DNA of 63,999 nt, the filler included, from Asterionella formosa (taxonomy: Eukaryota), in NCBI GenBank assembly GCA_002256025.1. It is 12 parts of 12 records of this genome, joined end to end, with 100 filler letters (N's around TTAATTAATTAA, not from the genome) between each part and the next. Parts side by side here need not be neighbours in the genome. Positions count along the whole stretch, not along the records: positions 1 to 5,289 come from NKIB01013132.1; positions 5,390 to 10,673 come from NKIB01013134.1; positions 10,774 to 16,054 come from NKIB01013135.1; 9 more parts are not named here. One strand, 5' to 3'. Below the pieces are notes generated by a model, which worked only from the letters and a program-made list of their open reading frames with translations, was not told the origin of the DNA and searched no databases. The position numbers and the translations under genes were made by a program. Shown here piece by piece: positions 1 through 11,419 of the stretch (the stretch's first letter is position 1; each line of letters starts with the position of its first letter).

Positions 1-541
1 ATAGTGAATCGCCAGACAGGTTGCGAATCACCATCGCTCAGCCACCCGGCACGACATGGAGTAAAAATAAAGTGTATGTACATGTATGTGTAAAAGGTAA
101 TATTGGTGAAAAGCACGTATGTATGGACAGGCACCTGGTACCATACTGCTAAGACATATATTTTTGCCATGAACGTTTTGTGTTCGATAGTATCATCTTC
201 TTGTTTATTTTATTTAAACTCGTATATCTGGCAATATATTGAAAAAATATATATATTTATGCTATGTATGTGGTTTATCCTCTCCCCACATGGGTGGGGA
301 GGAAATATGTGTACATACGTACCCACCCGTACGTGCGAATCCCTGCATGATTGCGGTATTATGTTCACTTTACCTGGCTTCCTTCCCATCATCGTCAGCT
401 TTGCTCGCTGATTGTCACAGGTAGCTATACCTGCAACCATACATACGCTCTCGAATAGAGTGGTTGCAGGTCCCTCATGGGGATGCTCGAGTACGCGACA
501 AGGCCTAGGCTTCGAACAGCAACAAAATTTGTGTCCTGTTC

Positions 542-636
542 CCTGCAAGTTGCGGTAATTGTGCTGAACTAAAGGTTTAGCTGTCTTTATCCCATATTAA
601 ATTGTTTATTTAAGCTAAATGACCGCAACTTGCTGG
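542..636. mobile_element. Tiny MITE-like element with 19-bp imperfect terminal inverted repeats
   Basis: Left end CCTGCAAGTTGCGGTAATT (542-560) and right end AATGACCGCAACTTGCTGG (618-636) are inverted, matching at 17/19 positions. The right half recurs on another contig at about 51860-51917. Confidence 0.6.
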
Positions 637-1422
637 TGGTGGCAAGAAAAAGGGGGGTCAGGCATCTGCATTTCGCTCGAGATGCAAAAAAGTTGTTCAA
701 GTCGAAAAAGCCGAAAAACGTTTTTTCAAATGCATTCTTATTACCAATATTTGCAACGGTATTACATACATGGATCTTCAGCTAAGAGCACGCCGCTCCA
801 TAGGGCGATTGACCCAGCGAAAGTTGTTGTACCGGGTATGTACCGGTACCAGTCAAAATGGCCCCAGAGAATAAATTTGAATTATCGACGCAACTACCGG
901 TACTGGTCGCAGCTAATAGGTAAAATTGGACGGAGGGAGTACAAACCACCCCTATGCATCATTTGGTATACTGTTTTCTTAGTATTACCAAGAACCCGAA
1001 GTACCTGTGCAAGTTGCAGTAAATGAGAACCGGTAAGAATACGGTGGGATGTTTTACTGTCTTTTGAGAGTAAAACTTCCTCTGGCTGGTAGCAAAATAA
1101 AATCAAATGTACTATTGCAATACTTGATACCACGGTACCAGGTAACACGACTGAAATTGTCATGCCCTTCGTGTTGTCATGATGGGATCATAGCATGGAA
1201 TTGATGCCTTGAGTCAGCACACGATATTGCTGAAGGCAATACACACCTGCAGTGGTCTCTTGCCTGCGAGTATACATGTGTTCGAGGCTGGGTGGTGCGA
1301 ATAGGTTGAAAGTACGAGTGGCGCCCCCGGCACTGCGAGAAGGTCACCCTACGAGTGCCATCCCAGTCGAGTACACATGTATACGAGAAGGCAAGTAGCC
1401 GCCGAGAAGGGTATTGTTGAGA

Positions 1423-3435
1423 CAATTCCCCCTCTAGCTATCGTCACATCATTCGCTTACCTACTGCCCACTAATTTAGCATAAATGTCAATTTTAGCCT
1501 ACTATTGCCCATCAGATAAAATATATTTTGTTTATTTCCTATCTTCACCTTGAAAATTGCCAAAGGTCCGATATTGCCCATCATTATAATATATTTTGAA
1601 TATTTCATATCTTTGCATTTTGGCAAGACAACAGACGCCAATTGCCCCTTGGTTTTCCAGCCCTGGGATTGCCGAAATCAGCAAGGGGTCTCCTTAAGTG
1701 AACCATTTTATATACTAAACAGATTCTAATAATTTATATCTAGAATTCACCTCGTTTTCGTTCGTCTCCTGAAAAGTGGAATCCGGCAATTCACCTTTCA
1801 CCATGCCAATCGTCGTCCATCATGACCGGTTTGAAGCGAAATCAGTTCCGCGATGACGCCAGTAGCGATTCTTTGCCTAACGGATGCGGTTGATTGTTGG
1901 ATTGCTTGTCTTCTCGAGGCATTCATGTAGTCGCATCGTCCATATTTCGTCGGACAAACAATGATATCAATACATCTGATGTTGGTAGCAAGTTTTTGCT
2001 CCGGTCATGTATGTAATGATGCTTAACGGATATTCTACCAGTACCGGCAGTAATCTAGTCTACATACGTACGTGGTACTAAAAACAACCATGCATCATGG
2101 TTAAAGCTATACTTTAACGCTTACTTTGAACACGTTGTAATATTATGTATATAGACTCAGTATTATTTTTACAAGACCTGAATGTTAGATTATATCGTTC
2201 ACATATTCATTGATTTTATGTACAGTATGCCCGGTTTCGTCCTCACAAATATAGTTCTCACTCTATCTTGCCTGCCTTTGCTCTATTCGGGCTTGCAATA
2301 GGCAACGTTCGTCTTCATTTTATCCCATCGTCTGCTGCTTGTTATGCTAGTTGAAGCGGATTGGTAAGTACAACAGTGAAACACTGAATGTGGATTGTAG
2401 ATCATATTTATCGACTTTCCGATTTGATTGCTTCCGTGGTTTGTTTTGATCGCTTCCATCGTTGTTTGTTGTCACGCACTGTCGTTTTGTTTCGATTGTA
2501 CATATCTACATTAGAACCAATGCATTTATCAATGACTACTCATTGAAGATGTGGTATTGTGCCATTGTTGATTTGTATCATCATTGACAATGATGTCAAT
2601 ATTGCCGCCAAGCAATGCTTATTTTGTACTAACGCGCTTTGCTACATTTTTACTACGAGTTCGTATCAGAAGCTACATGAATACTCAGCTAGAGAGAGTC
2701 AATAGTGCTGGAGCAGCATTGCGATCATGCTTGCTCAGAATGGAATGATCGCTCAGGGTTGCCTGTTTGGTGGGCGGAGAGGAATGACTGTGGCGGAAAT
2801 ACTGCTACTGGTGTCAGGCTACTACAGAGATACGCATGGTTGCAGCAACCAGACCATTGATGCTAAATAACGATGCAGGTCTACATTGGGTAGAGCTTTT
2901 TTTCTTCTTCTTTCGGTCTTCGATTGTATGGTGATGGAAAGTCAATGTTCCCTGTGTAAGTACTACAATGATTCACAATGCATACGTCTCCATTGGAACT
3001 CTTATTTTTTATTTCATTTCTAACCCAATTTTTTTATTATTTCTCATTTGATGCTACTTATTATATTACATCGCATTTCATACTTTGGTTGCTCCAAACA
3101 TCATGTTCAATTTTCATTGATGTTGCATGTTACAATCATTCTCGTGTGTTTTACGCTTGTTGTACCATCTCCATGCATATTACCGTTATTTTGGTTGTCA
3201 TGCTAAAATCGGCAATTTTATTGCCAAAAAATTCGATGTTCCGTATATTGCCGTTAAATAAAAATTACTTAAGAAATTACTTAGAGACTAAAAATTACTT
3301 AGAAGTACCCGAATGGCAAGACGATAGCTGGAGCGGGAATTGCCCTTAAATAAAAATTACTTAAGAAATTACTTAGAGCCTAAAAATTACTTAGAAGTAC
3401 CCGAATGGCAAGACGATAGCTGGAGCGGGAATTGC
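1423..3435. mobile_element. Non-autonomous TIR element, family 'GCAATTCCCGCTCCAGCTATCGTC'
   Basis: CAATTCCCCCTCTAGCTATCGTC at 1423 is inverted relative to GACGATAGCTGGAGCGGGAATTGC ending at 3343 and again at 3435 (92-bp tandem duplication of the terminus). The segment 2980-3343 is homologous to 10774-11100 and to the reverse complement of 14379-14750. Confidence 0.65.
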
Positions 3436-3889
3436 TTGCATACCGTTTTGTTCAGCTGTGGTTTGTCAGCTAATCCATGAATGCAATAGCGTTTGCCCTT
3501 CACTCGTCGATCGTCCCACATTTTGCTTAACATCACGACTCCATTTATTCCTCCATAATGATCGTTTGACTCGTGCAATACTTGTTGTTCGTTACTCTGT
3601 ACAACAACAACAACACGACAAGATGGATGGTGTTGGTCACGGTATCAATGTAAGTTGTCTATTGACAAAAGGCAGACCGTGCGTAAACTGACTGCTGGTT
3701 GCCTTGATTGCCAAAAGACCAATGCTTGCATTTTAAGATGACAAATCTCTATTTGCACACAACCTTTTGTGACATTCAACAAGCAAACAATGAATTTTCC
3801 TGATCGTGGCTCAGAAATGTGGCAGCTGATCACATTAGGAGTAAGCACACGATGGTAACTCATTCGTCACATTTCCTAATAGTTGTCAC

Positions 3890-4810
3890 AAAAGACTCTT
3901 TCTGAACACAGAAACAACGATTGTCTTGGGAACCGATCTCACCCTCAGCTAGTAGTTTTTGACGCGCTGCAATGTTCATATCGTGGATGGCAGAAAGACA
4001 TGGCGGAAACTGAAACTATGCACCTGAGTTGTACTGATCGATTTGACACCTTTGTGTGCGCGATGAAAGAGAAACAAAGAATTTATGAGGGGAACCGATC
4101 TCATCCTTGGAAAACAGGCATGGCACAAGCTTAGGACTATCATTTATATTGGCCTAATATCCGAAATTAAAAACAAGCAATCTATGCATGTCGAAGACCG
4201 ATCGCACCCTAGGCTTGAAGTTTTAGAAGCTCTGAAATTATCGAATTGTGGATGGCAGATTGACAAAGGAGAGGCCGCGAAGGTACAAAATACAAGCCCT
4301 GATCGCTTTCATTTTTTTTTGTCTGCTATGGAGAAGAAACAAAGCATTCACGAAGGCGACAGATCACATCCTCAGCGTGTCATTCTTGATTCACTCCGTT
4401 TTACTTACAATGGTTGGAAAGCAGACATGGCACAAGCTGAGGACTATAATTTATTTTGGCCTATTCTTTTCGATACGAAAGTGTCTGAAATGAAGAGGAA
4501 ACAACGAGTACTTGTTTGCGTAACAAAAGGATGGACTTTAAGTAAGTCCAAAGATTGCATCCCAAGTAATTCAAGTGGTAATAAGCCAAGACATGAATGG
4601 GACAAAATAATACCGGATAACGAAAATGGGATGTGTACACCCGATAAAGTGATGGCGCTTTGTATTGTTTGATATGAGAAGCATGTTATGTGTGCCATCT
4701 GTCTTGATGAGGAAAACATCGTTCTTCCATGTAATCATTCAATTTTATGCAAGGAATGTGTTTTACAAGAAGAAATAATACGCAACACGACGATGTCCAT
4801 TTGGCGATAA
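3890..4810 (+). pseudogene. Decayed gene: ~54-aa 'G(D/N)RSHP...GW..D..AE...MK.KQ' repeats followed by a C-terminal RING finger
   Basis: Repeats are visible in ORFs 3883-4134 and 4085-4672, separated by a frameshift. Reading through the TGA at 4670 gives YEKHVMCAICLDEENIVLPCNHSILCKEC, followed by a frameshifted CPF. This fits a C3HC4-type RING. Confidence 0.65.
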
Positions 4811-5289
4811 AAGTGCTGTCAGTCATGAAAATCTTTCGACTCATGAAACCGAAATAGCGGCTGCCCGAGGGCACTTTGTACAGTAACAATCAATCAGTGC
4901 TATGTTTGATGTCACCACTTATAGCAATAATTCAATTGTTATTATTGTTTCGAAGGTGAAATTGGGTATGATCTGAGTGATCTTGTCAGTTTGATCTCTT
5001 TATGTATTGTCTGATGCAAGTGCCGGCAGAAGGATCCACCGAACTTTCCAGATGTCATTGTCAGAATTATTGCATCTACAAAATGTTGATTAGGGATTCA
5101 ACCAGTCAAAATTAGATTGATCTCTTTTGGAACATAACAGTTCAGCAATAGGATTGTCATGTTTGGGGACGACACAAATGAGATTTAGAGTTAGGAGCTA
5201 AATAAAAAATTGAATCCCGGTGATTGCATTTTTCATCATTCTCCCTATTTTTTCGTCCTTTCGGTTGACTGAGCTATTGCGAGAAGTTG

Positions 5290-5389
5290 NNNNNNNNNNN
5301 NNNNNNNNNNNNNNNNNNNNNNNNNNNNNNNNNTTAATTAATTAANNNNNNNNNNNNNNNNNNNNNNNNNNNNNNNNNNNNNNNNNNNN
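5290..5389. other. Artificial contig spacer, first of 11 (others start at 10674, 16055, 21436, 26816, 32191, 37558, 42925, 48287, 53649, 59008)
   Basis: Identical N44-TTAATTAATTAA-N44 cassette with stops in all six frames. The intervening contig lengths are non-increasing, from 5284 to 5259 bp. Confidence 0.98.
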
Positions 5390-5450
5390 TACCGGACCCT
5401 TCTCAGGAGCTACTTGTACTTGCAGGGATGAGTCTTGCCTTCCCTCAGCA

Positions 5451-6799
5451 GCAATCCCCACCCTAGCTATCATCTTGCTTTTCGATGAAAACTGTGGGTG
5501 TCTAAGTAATTTTTGGTATATCTAAGTAATTTTTATTTAGGAGCAATATAGGGGCACAGTGGTTTTTCGGCAGTCCGATTTTACGTTTGAGCAGGGACCA
5601 TTGAGCAATGTCAGGAGTGGTCGAATTTTCATGGGAAAGTTTAGAAATCGATAGTATGATATCCATCAGCCACATCAAAAATGCATGGAACCCGAATATG
5701 AACGAAAAATGATCACACAAGAATGATTGTACTAACCAAACGTCGAAAAATTCGACAAAATGTTTTTAAGCAACCAAAGCATGAAACAGAAACAGAAAGG
5801 CAAGAAGCGACAAAGACGAGCACAGAGTAGAATAAACAGTGAAAAAGAAATGGGTAAGTGGAAAATTTGTGTGAAAAATTGTCAACACATGTTCATTTAA
5901 AATTGTCAACTTACACTTTTTGTTTTTGTTGAAACAGAATTTCTGAAATGTTCAAATCGGGCATGGAGGAGCAGCAACTGATGAATTAATCATTGGGTGG
6001 GGATGGAGGAGCATCCATGTGATTGTAAATTTTGGTGGCATTCTTGGTATAGTGTGATGTTAGCATATTGTAGGAGGAGGAGGAAGATGAACTGGATTGC
6101 TGGAGTTTCAAGAATAGCGCAATCATGATCAATATCATGATAGGAAATGTTCTGGTATACAATGACAGTGTGATTTTTAATTGTAGGGTTCAATCCAAAA
6201 AAAAAACTGATATGACAATCAACCTGCCTCGTCAATTGTGTTGGGTGTGGTGTGGCATTGGAGTATGGTACATTATATTGCAAGTTGTTGCTGACATGAA
6301 TGATTTTGATGATCATGATTCAAATGCTGGTTTGGAAATCATTCAGTGGCTGCTTTGACTGGACGAGCAAATTCGATAGTGTGCTTTTTGTTTTAACAAT
6401 GCACAGGAGCAAATTAAAGATGGTATTGAGTTTCAGAGAAGGCAAATGGAAGCAAACAGACACAACAATCAACAGAATGTACCACAGCTTGGAAATCATT
6501 TCGAGGCATTAGAGATATTGCAGCGATGGCCGGAAGGAACAAATGTGATGCTGGCTCCTTGGATACATATGAAATATCCAAAATATGTTGTACATGAAGG
6601 GCAATTGGCTAGTTCGCATCCAACATACAAATTATATAAAATAAGTTTTCAATGTTAACTAAAAGGGCAATGTCATGGCGAAAAGCGTGCCGATAGGTAG
6701 GTTGTGAATTGCCTATGTAGTGAAGACCCCTCGCTGGCAGTCTCCACCCTCGGACGTGTCTGACCTTCAGCAAGACGATAGCTGGAGCGGGAATTTTGC
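5451..6799. mobile_element. Second TIR-bounded element of the GCAATTCCC family
   Basis: Left GCAATCCCCACCCTAGCTATCATCTTGC (5451) and right GCAAGACGATAGCTGGAGCGGGAATTTTGC (6770-6799). The left end carries the CTAAGTAATTTTT subterminal repeats seen in other copies. Confidence 0.6.
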
Positions 6800-6875
6800 T
6801 TACAGATTGACCAACAACAAAGTATTCATCAGGAAACCGTCGTCATTTCAAAAACGACCGACCAGCTTGTACATA

Positions 6876-7385
6876 ATGATCACAAATGCTATCCGTGAAG
6901 GTGGGCGCAAACTGTTTACGCCCCACATTCATCAATGGTATCGTCCAATATGCTTGTCGAATACTAATACCGGTAGCATGTTTTGGACTGTCGAAATTGG
7001 TCTGACGGATCGATGTTTGCAAGATTTGGGAGATATTCAAAAGATGTATTCTGAATTTGCATTGAACAAGAATGTATCCAAGGATGACACGGTTTTAAGT
7101 TTAGATTGGGACGGTTATAAGATTACTGATGGTGATGAAATGTACCACACAGCGTGGACGAATGTACAAGGCACATACACCATCACATCACCAGTGAACG
7201 GCCGACTTGAGTACCTTGCAAATGACACTGATATCATCGATGAAGATCAAGTTCTGGTTGTATTATCCACCACTGAGGAATCATTGGTCGCGGCAATTCA
7301 ATTGCTAGTTCACGAAGACGAATACGAGAAACTGAAGTATTCGATGCCACCAGGAACCTTTTCCAAGGTGGACGGCTTGCGATAA
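6876..7385 (+). CDS. Glycine cleavage H-protein-like (single-hybrid motif) protein without the canonical lipoyl-Lys
   Basis: GcvH-like motifs in order: RKLFTPHIHQW, VEIGLTDRCLQDLGDI, TITSPVNG, LVHEDEYEK. The ESVK lipoylation motif aligns to TNVQ. Confidence 0.65.
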   Translation: MITNAIREGGRKLFTPHIHQWYRPICLSNTNTGSMFWTVEIGLTDRCLQDLGDIQKMYSEFALNKNVSKDDTVLSLDWDGYKITDGDEMYHTAWTNVQGTYTITSPVNGRLEYLANDTDIIDEDQVLVVLSTTEESLVAAIQLLVHEDEYEKLKYSMPPGTFSKVDGLR

Positions 7386-7833
7386 AAGTTTCATAGAATG
7401 CCATTGAATCAGTGGAACTCAACTATTCGCTGCACTATTCTCGTTTGTGCTACTGGTGAGGGTATCACACTCCTGAAAATCGGAAGCGTTCTCTTGATTG
7501 TCTGTGCATCACGAAGATACCACGAACAATTTATGGAAACGAATCTAAAAGGTGCTTGAAAGTACTGCCGGAAGTAAATGCCATTCTGGGCAACGATGCG
7601 TAAAAAACGAGGAATATATATTGTCTGACATAGCGAGTGTGTGCATTGGATATCGTGGAGAAGAGGTGCTAGTTTAGCATAATTAATAAACTGGACTTCC
7701 TTCTCAATATGTAGTCTCATACAATAAGGAACAGAAAATGGCAGAAAAAAGCATTTAATGCGGACTGATTGTAAAAACCGTTATGCCCTACTAATATGAT
7801 CTAAGATAATCTAATGACGACCAGTTCAGTTCC

Positions 7834-9611
7834 CTAACGGGTCTCCACAATTCCCGAGGCGATCAGCTTTTCCATCTTGGCAGCGACCATAGGGTCGTTC
7901 ATTGCTTTTCTGGCATCCGCTGGGTTCTCAGCAAAATCATTTAGAATCTGTCGCATGACAGGGTCTTGTAAGATGGACTGGATCTCGGGGTCTGCCATGG
8001 CGTGAGCGGCCCTTTCCTTTCTCTCTTCGTCCGTGACGGTGGCACCAATCATAGTGTTCACTTTGCGGAGACCCTCTTTGCAAGCGACATTGTCGGGCTC
8101 GAGCATTAATCCCTTTCGGTAAGAATCCATAGCCTTATGATTCTCTTTCATTGCGACTTCAATGTCGCCCTTTCGCGTCCATGCCTTCACGTAACTAGGG
8201 TCCAACTGAACAGCTTCTTCAATTTGACGCTTGGCTCCGTTGAAATCAAGAATTTTGCAAAGGGCAGCGGCAAGGTTGTTGCGAATTGCAGCATTCTTGG
8301 GGGATCGCTTGACAGCATCTTCGTATTCCAGTACTGCCTGGGCCCAGTCTTTAGCACGAAATGCTTCATTTCCTCTCTGCTTAGCTTCTTCGGCAAAATC
8401 CTCATTTTGGTAGTTGAGGGAGTCTGCCTTTTTCTTTTCCAATTCCATGGTTTTCAACAAACGCTGGGTGTCCTTGGAAAAAAATTCCAATTGCGCTTCC
8501 TTGCACTTTTCAATCGCCGTGGATAGATCTTTTTTCATTTGGAATGCCTTTGCGCATCTTGTCAATGCCTTGGCACGATCCTCAAAGGGAGCCATGTTTG
8601 TCTTTCCAATTTCCATAGCCTTGTCACATGTCTCAATAACGGCATCGTATTTCTTCATAGAAAAATACACAGCGGCTTTGTTGCTGTGAAACGTCATGCT
8701 GGTAGGATCTAATGCAATAGCTTCATCGTATGCAGCGAGAGCTTCGTCAAACTTTTTGGCCTTGTACAGCTCATTGCCCTTCTCCTTTGCTGCGATACTT
8801 GCTTTTTGCTTTTCCTTCTTTTCCCGTTCCACATCAGACAGAGCCGAAAAATCTTCTTCAAGTTCCGGCTCAGGCTCTGGTGCTTTTTGATTGCGAACAG
8901 GAGTGTCGTCGTCTTCGTCTCCTGGCATTCTGCCACCCATCATGGCACTCAAAAATTCCATCATTTTTGGATCACTCAACATGGTGGGAAGTAGATTTGG
9001 ATTGGCTTGGATCATTTTGACCTTGGCCATGATGGCAGGATCTGCAAGGAATGGAGCAAGCTTTGGATCGCCGTACATTTGAGCCATCATGGCTGGGTTA
9101 AAGAGTCCTCCCGAATCTACCGCTGGCCCATCCTTCTCCTTCTGCACTTGAGCGAGGCCACTCTTCAACCCCGGATCTTCCGGAAACTTCCTCAAGCCTT
9201 CTTCATAGGTCGCAATGGCATCATTATAACGCTTCAGGCCATGAAGAGCAGCTCCCTTTCTCGAGTAGCCCTTGGCAAACTCTGGGTCCAGACCAAGACA
9301 CGAAATGGCGTCGTCGAGGGCGTTGTTAGCGTCGCCTTGTTTGAGATAAGCAGCGGATCTATTTGAGTAATAAACGTGGTTCGACCCATCTTCATTGATT
9401 GCTTTAGTGTAAAATGAAATGGCATCGCTCGTGTTGCCTGCTTGCAGGGCGGCATTTCCTTTTGTTTTGAACTGCCAGTGTGAACACGAGGGATGCGGTG
9501 CATTTGGTTAGTTAAGAATAATTCTGTTCGTTCGCGCATCAAGCCATTACACATCACAGCGATAAATTCAATGACAGTATCATCACGTACTTCTTCAGCT
9601 GCCGTTGTCAT
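7834..9611 (-). CDS. STI1: Hsp70/Hsp90 organising protein STI1/HOP (exons 9611-9591 and 9471-7834; about 552 aa)
   Basis: TPR1 (FKTKGNAALQAG...YSNRSAAY...KGYSRKGAA), DP1, TPR2A (KEKGNELYK), TPR2B (AKQRGNEAF) and DP2 (AMADPEIQSILQDPVM). GT-AG intron at 9590-9472. Confidence 0.95.
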
Positions 9612-10773
9612 GGTTGGTTTGAGTCGTTTGCTTGTAGGTTGTTCGATTGTTTCCATATGGGTTGCTACTGGGATATTCTCTTTCACTCCATTTTGTATTT
9701 TATGCGATGGAAGGCATGATCACGTCTACCGGTACCAGGTACCAGGTACTCCCTGCAAATGATGTCGTCGTGTTTTGATGGACGGTGGTGTACACCCCCC
9801 CCAAAATAGTCCCTTATTTCTTTACATACTATTGCACTGCCTACAGCAATGCTTCCACTGTGCGAGGCTTGCTTGTCGTGGTTTGTTTGTTCCTAGGTTA
9901 CCGGGGTATACTACTACCACCTACTTACTACCGGTTGGAGTTTCTTCGAATCTGCCTGCTTGTTTTGTTTCACTGCCGGTACTGGTACCCTGGTACCAGG
10001 TACGGTGCCTCCCGGTAGGTACTTATGTTCCATTAGTTCACAAATATGATGCCAGCGCGTACATGCTACCAGGGTACCTGGTACTGCTACCTGCACTTGG
10101 TTGCCTGGAAGGCACGGTAATGAGCGCACAGAGCGCGCAGGCTGCTCATTTTCTGATCATCGATTCACATGCATAAAGGCGGGGGGTACTACCCCCAAAA
10201 ATTGTCGAACCCCCAAATTTTGCGCCACTCCGTTCTTCTTTAAATAATTTTTTGCATAAATGTTAAGCCATTACTGGTGTTATTATCAAAATGAACTTAA
10301 GTCAGCAGTCAGTAAGTTGAAGTTAGCAGTCAGCAAATGAAGTCATCAGTCAGCGACTTTTCAAATTTTCAGCAAATCAAGTCCGCAGTCGTCAGTGAAA
10401 CAAAGTCCACAGTGTGAGCAAGTTGATGTCAGCATTTCTGAAATAATACATACCAGTAGCAAATAAAGACCTAGATAGCAATTACTATTTTAGTCATCAA
10501 TGACTATTTAACAGTTTTTTATTATTAACCTACGTTTTACTCCATATAATATGTATGTGTAGGCATTGCATCAGTGTCCCACAACAAGAAAAATGCATTT
10601 CCATCATTATTCAAATATGAAAAGTAAACATGATATGTACACCAATACGCACAGGTAGTTGGCATCTTCCTATNNNNNNNNNNNNNNNNNNNNNNNNNNN
10701 NNNNNNNNNNNNNNNNNTTAATTAATTAANNNNNNNNNNNNNNNNNNNNNNNNNNNNNNNNNNNNNNNNNNNN

Positions 10774-11100
10774 TGTTTCTAAACCAAAACAATATTTTCT
10801 ATTTCTCATTTGACGCTACTTATTACATCGCATTTCATACTTTGGTTGCTCCAAACATCATGTTCAATTTTCGTTGATGTTGCATGTTACAATCATTCTC
10901 ATGTGTTTTATGTTTGTTGTACCCTTTTTATGTGTTTTACCGTTATTCTGGTTGTCATGCTAAAATCGGCAATTTTATTGCCGAAAAATTCGATGTGCCC
11001 CATATTGCCCTTAAATAAAAATTACTTAAGAAATTACTTAGAGACTAAAAATTACTTAGAAGTACCCGAATGGCAAGACGATAGCTGGAGCGGGAATTGC
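10774..11100 (+). mobile_element. Terminal fragment of the GCAATTCCC TIR family
   Basis: Near-identical to about 3020-3343 and ends in GCAAGACGATAGCTGGAGCGGGAATTGC. Confidence 0.75.
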
Positions 11101-11419
11101 TAGTACCGGTACCAGGTGCACTAACTTTCACTACCGGTAGGGTCGTAAGAGGTTGCACTCCCTGGGTTTGAATTTTTGCATGTACCACCCTGGTACCAGG
11201 TAATAGGGGTAGGGTCCCGGTAATACAGCCGGTACTAGGACCAGTTACAAATACAAAATACTGGAACATGAAATCTGGAATCATATTTACACGTACGTGT
11301 CGCAATCGATCACCAAGCAAATCCTTGATTTCATCAATCGTCTTCCGGTATCTACCAACGACCTCATTTCCAGTGCCTTTCCTTCCAATCATCAAGACGA
11401 CACAATCATAAAATTCAAA

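Noticed and set aside
2978..3349. Recurrent 'conserved' ORFs (also 10810-11103 and 14470-14679)
   Set aside because: They are translations of the same AT-rich transposon end, and the frames are not preserved between copies.
6720..6875. N-terminal extension of the GcvH-like ORF
   Set aside because: It starts at GTG inside the TIR element (QDDSWSGN is the TIR translation). The real start is probably ATG 6876.
8137..9366. Many short ORFs antisense to STI1 (likewise within the ATPase, LRR, SAPS-like and Copia regions)
   Set aside because: These are shadow ORFs of real coding sequence on the other strand or frame.
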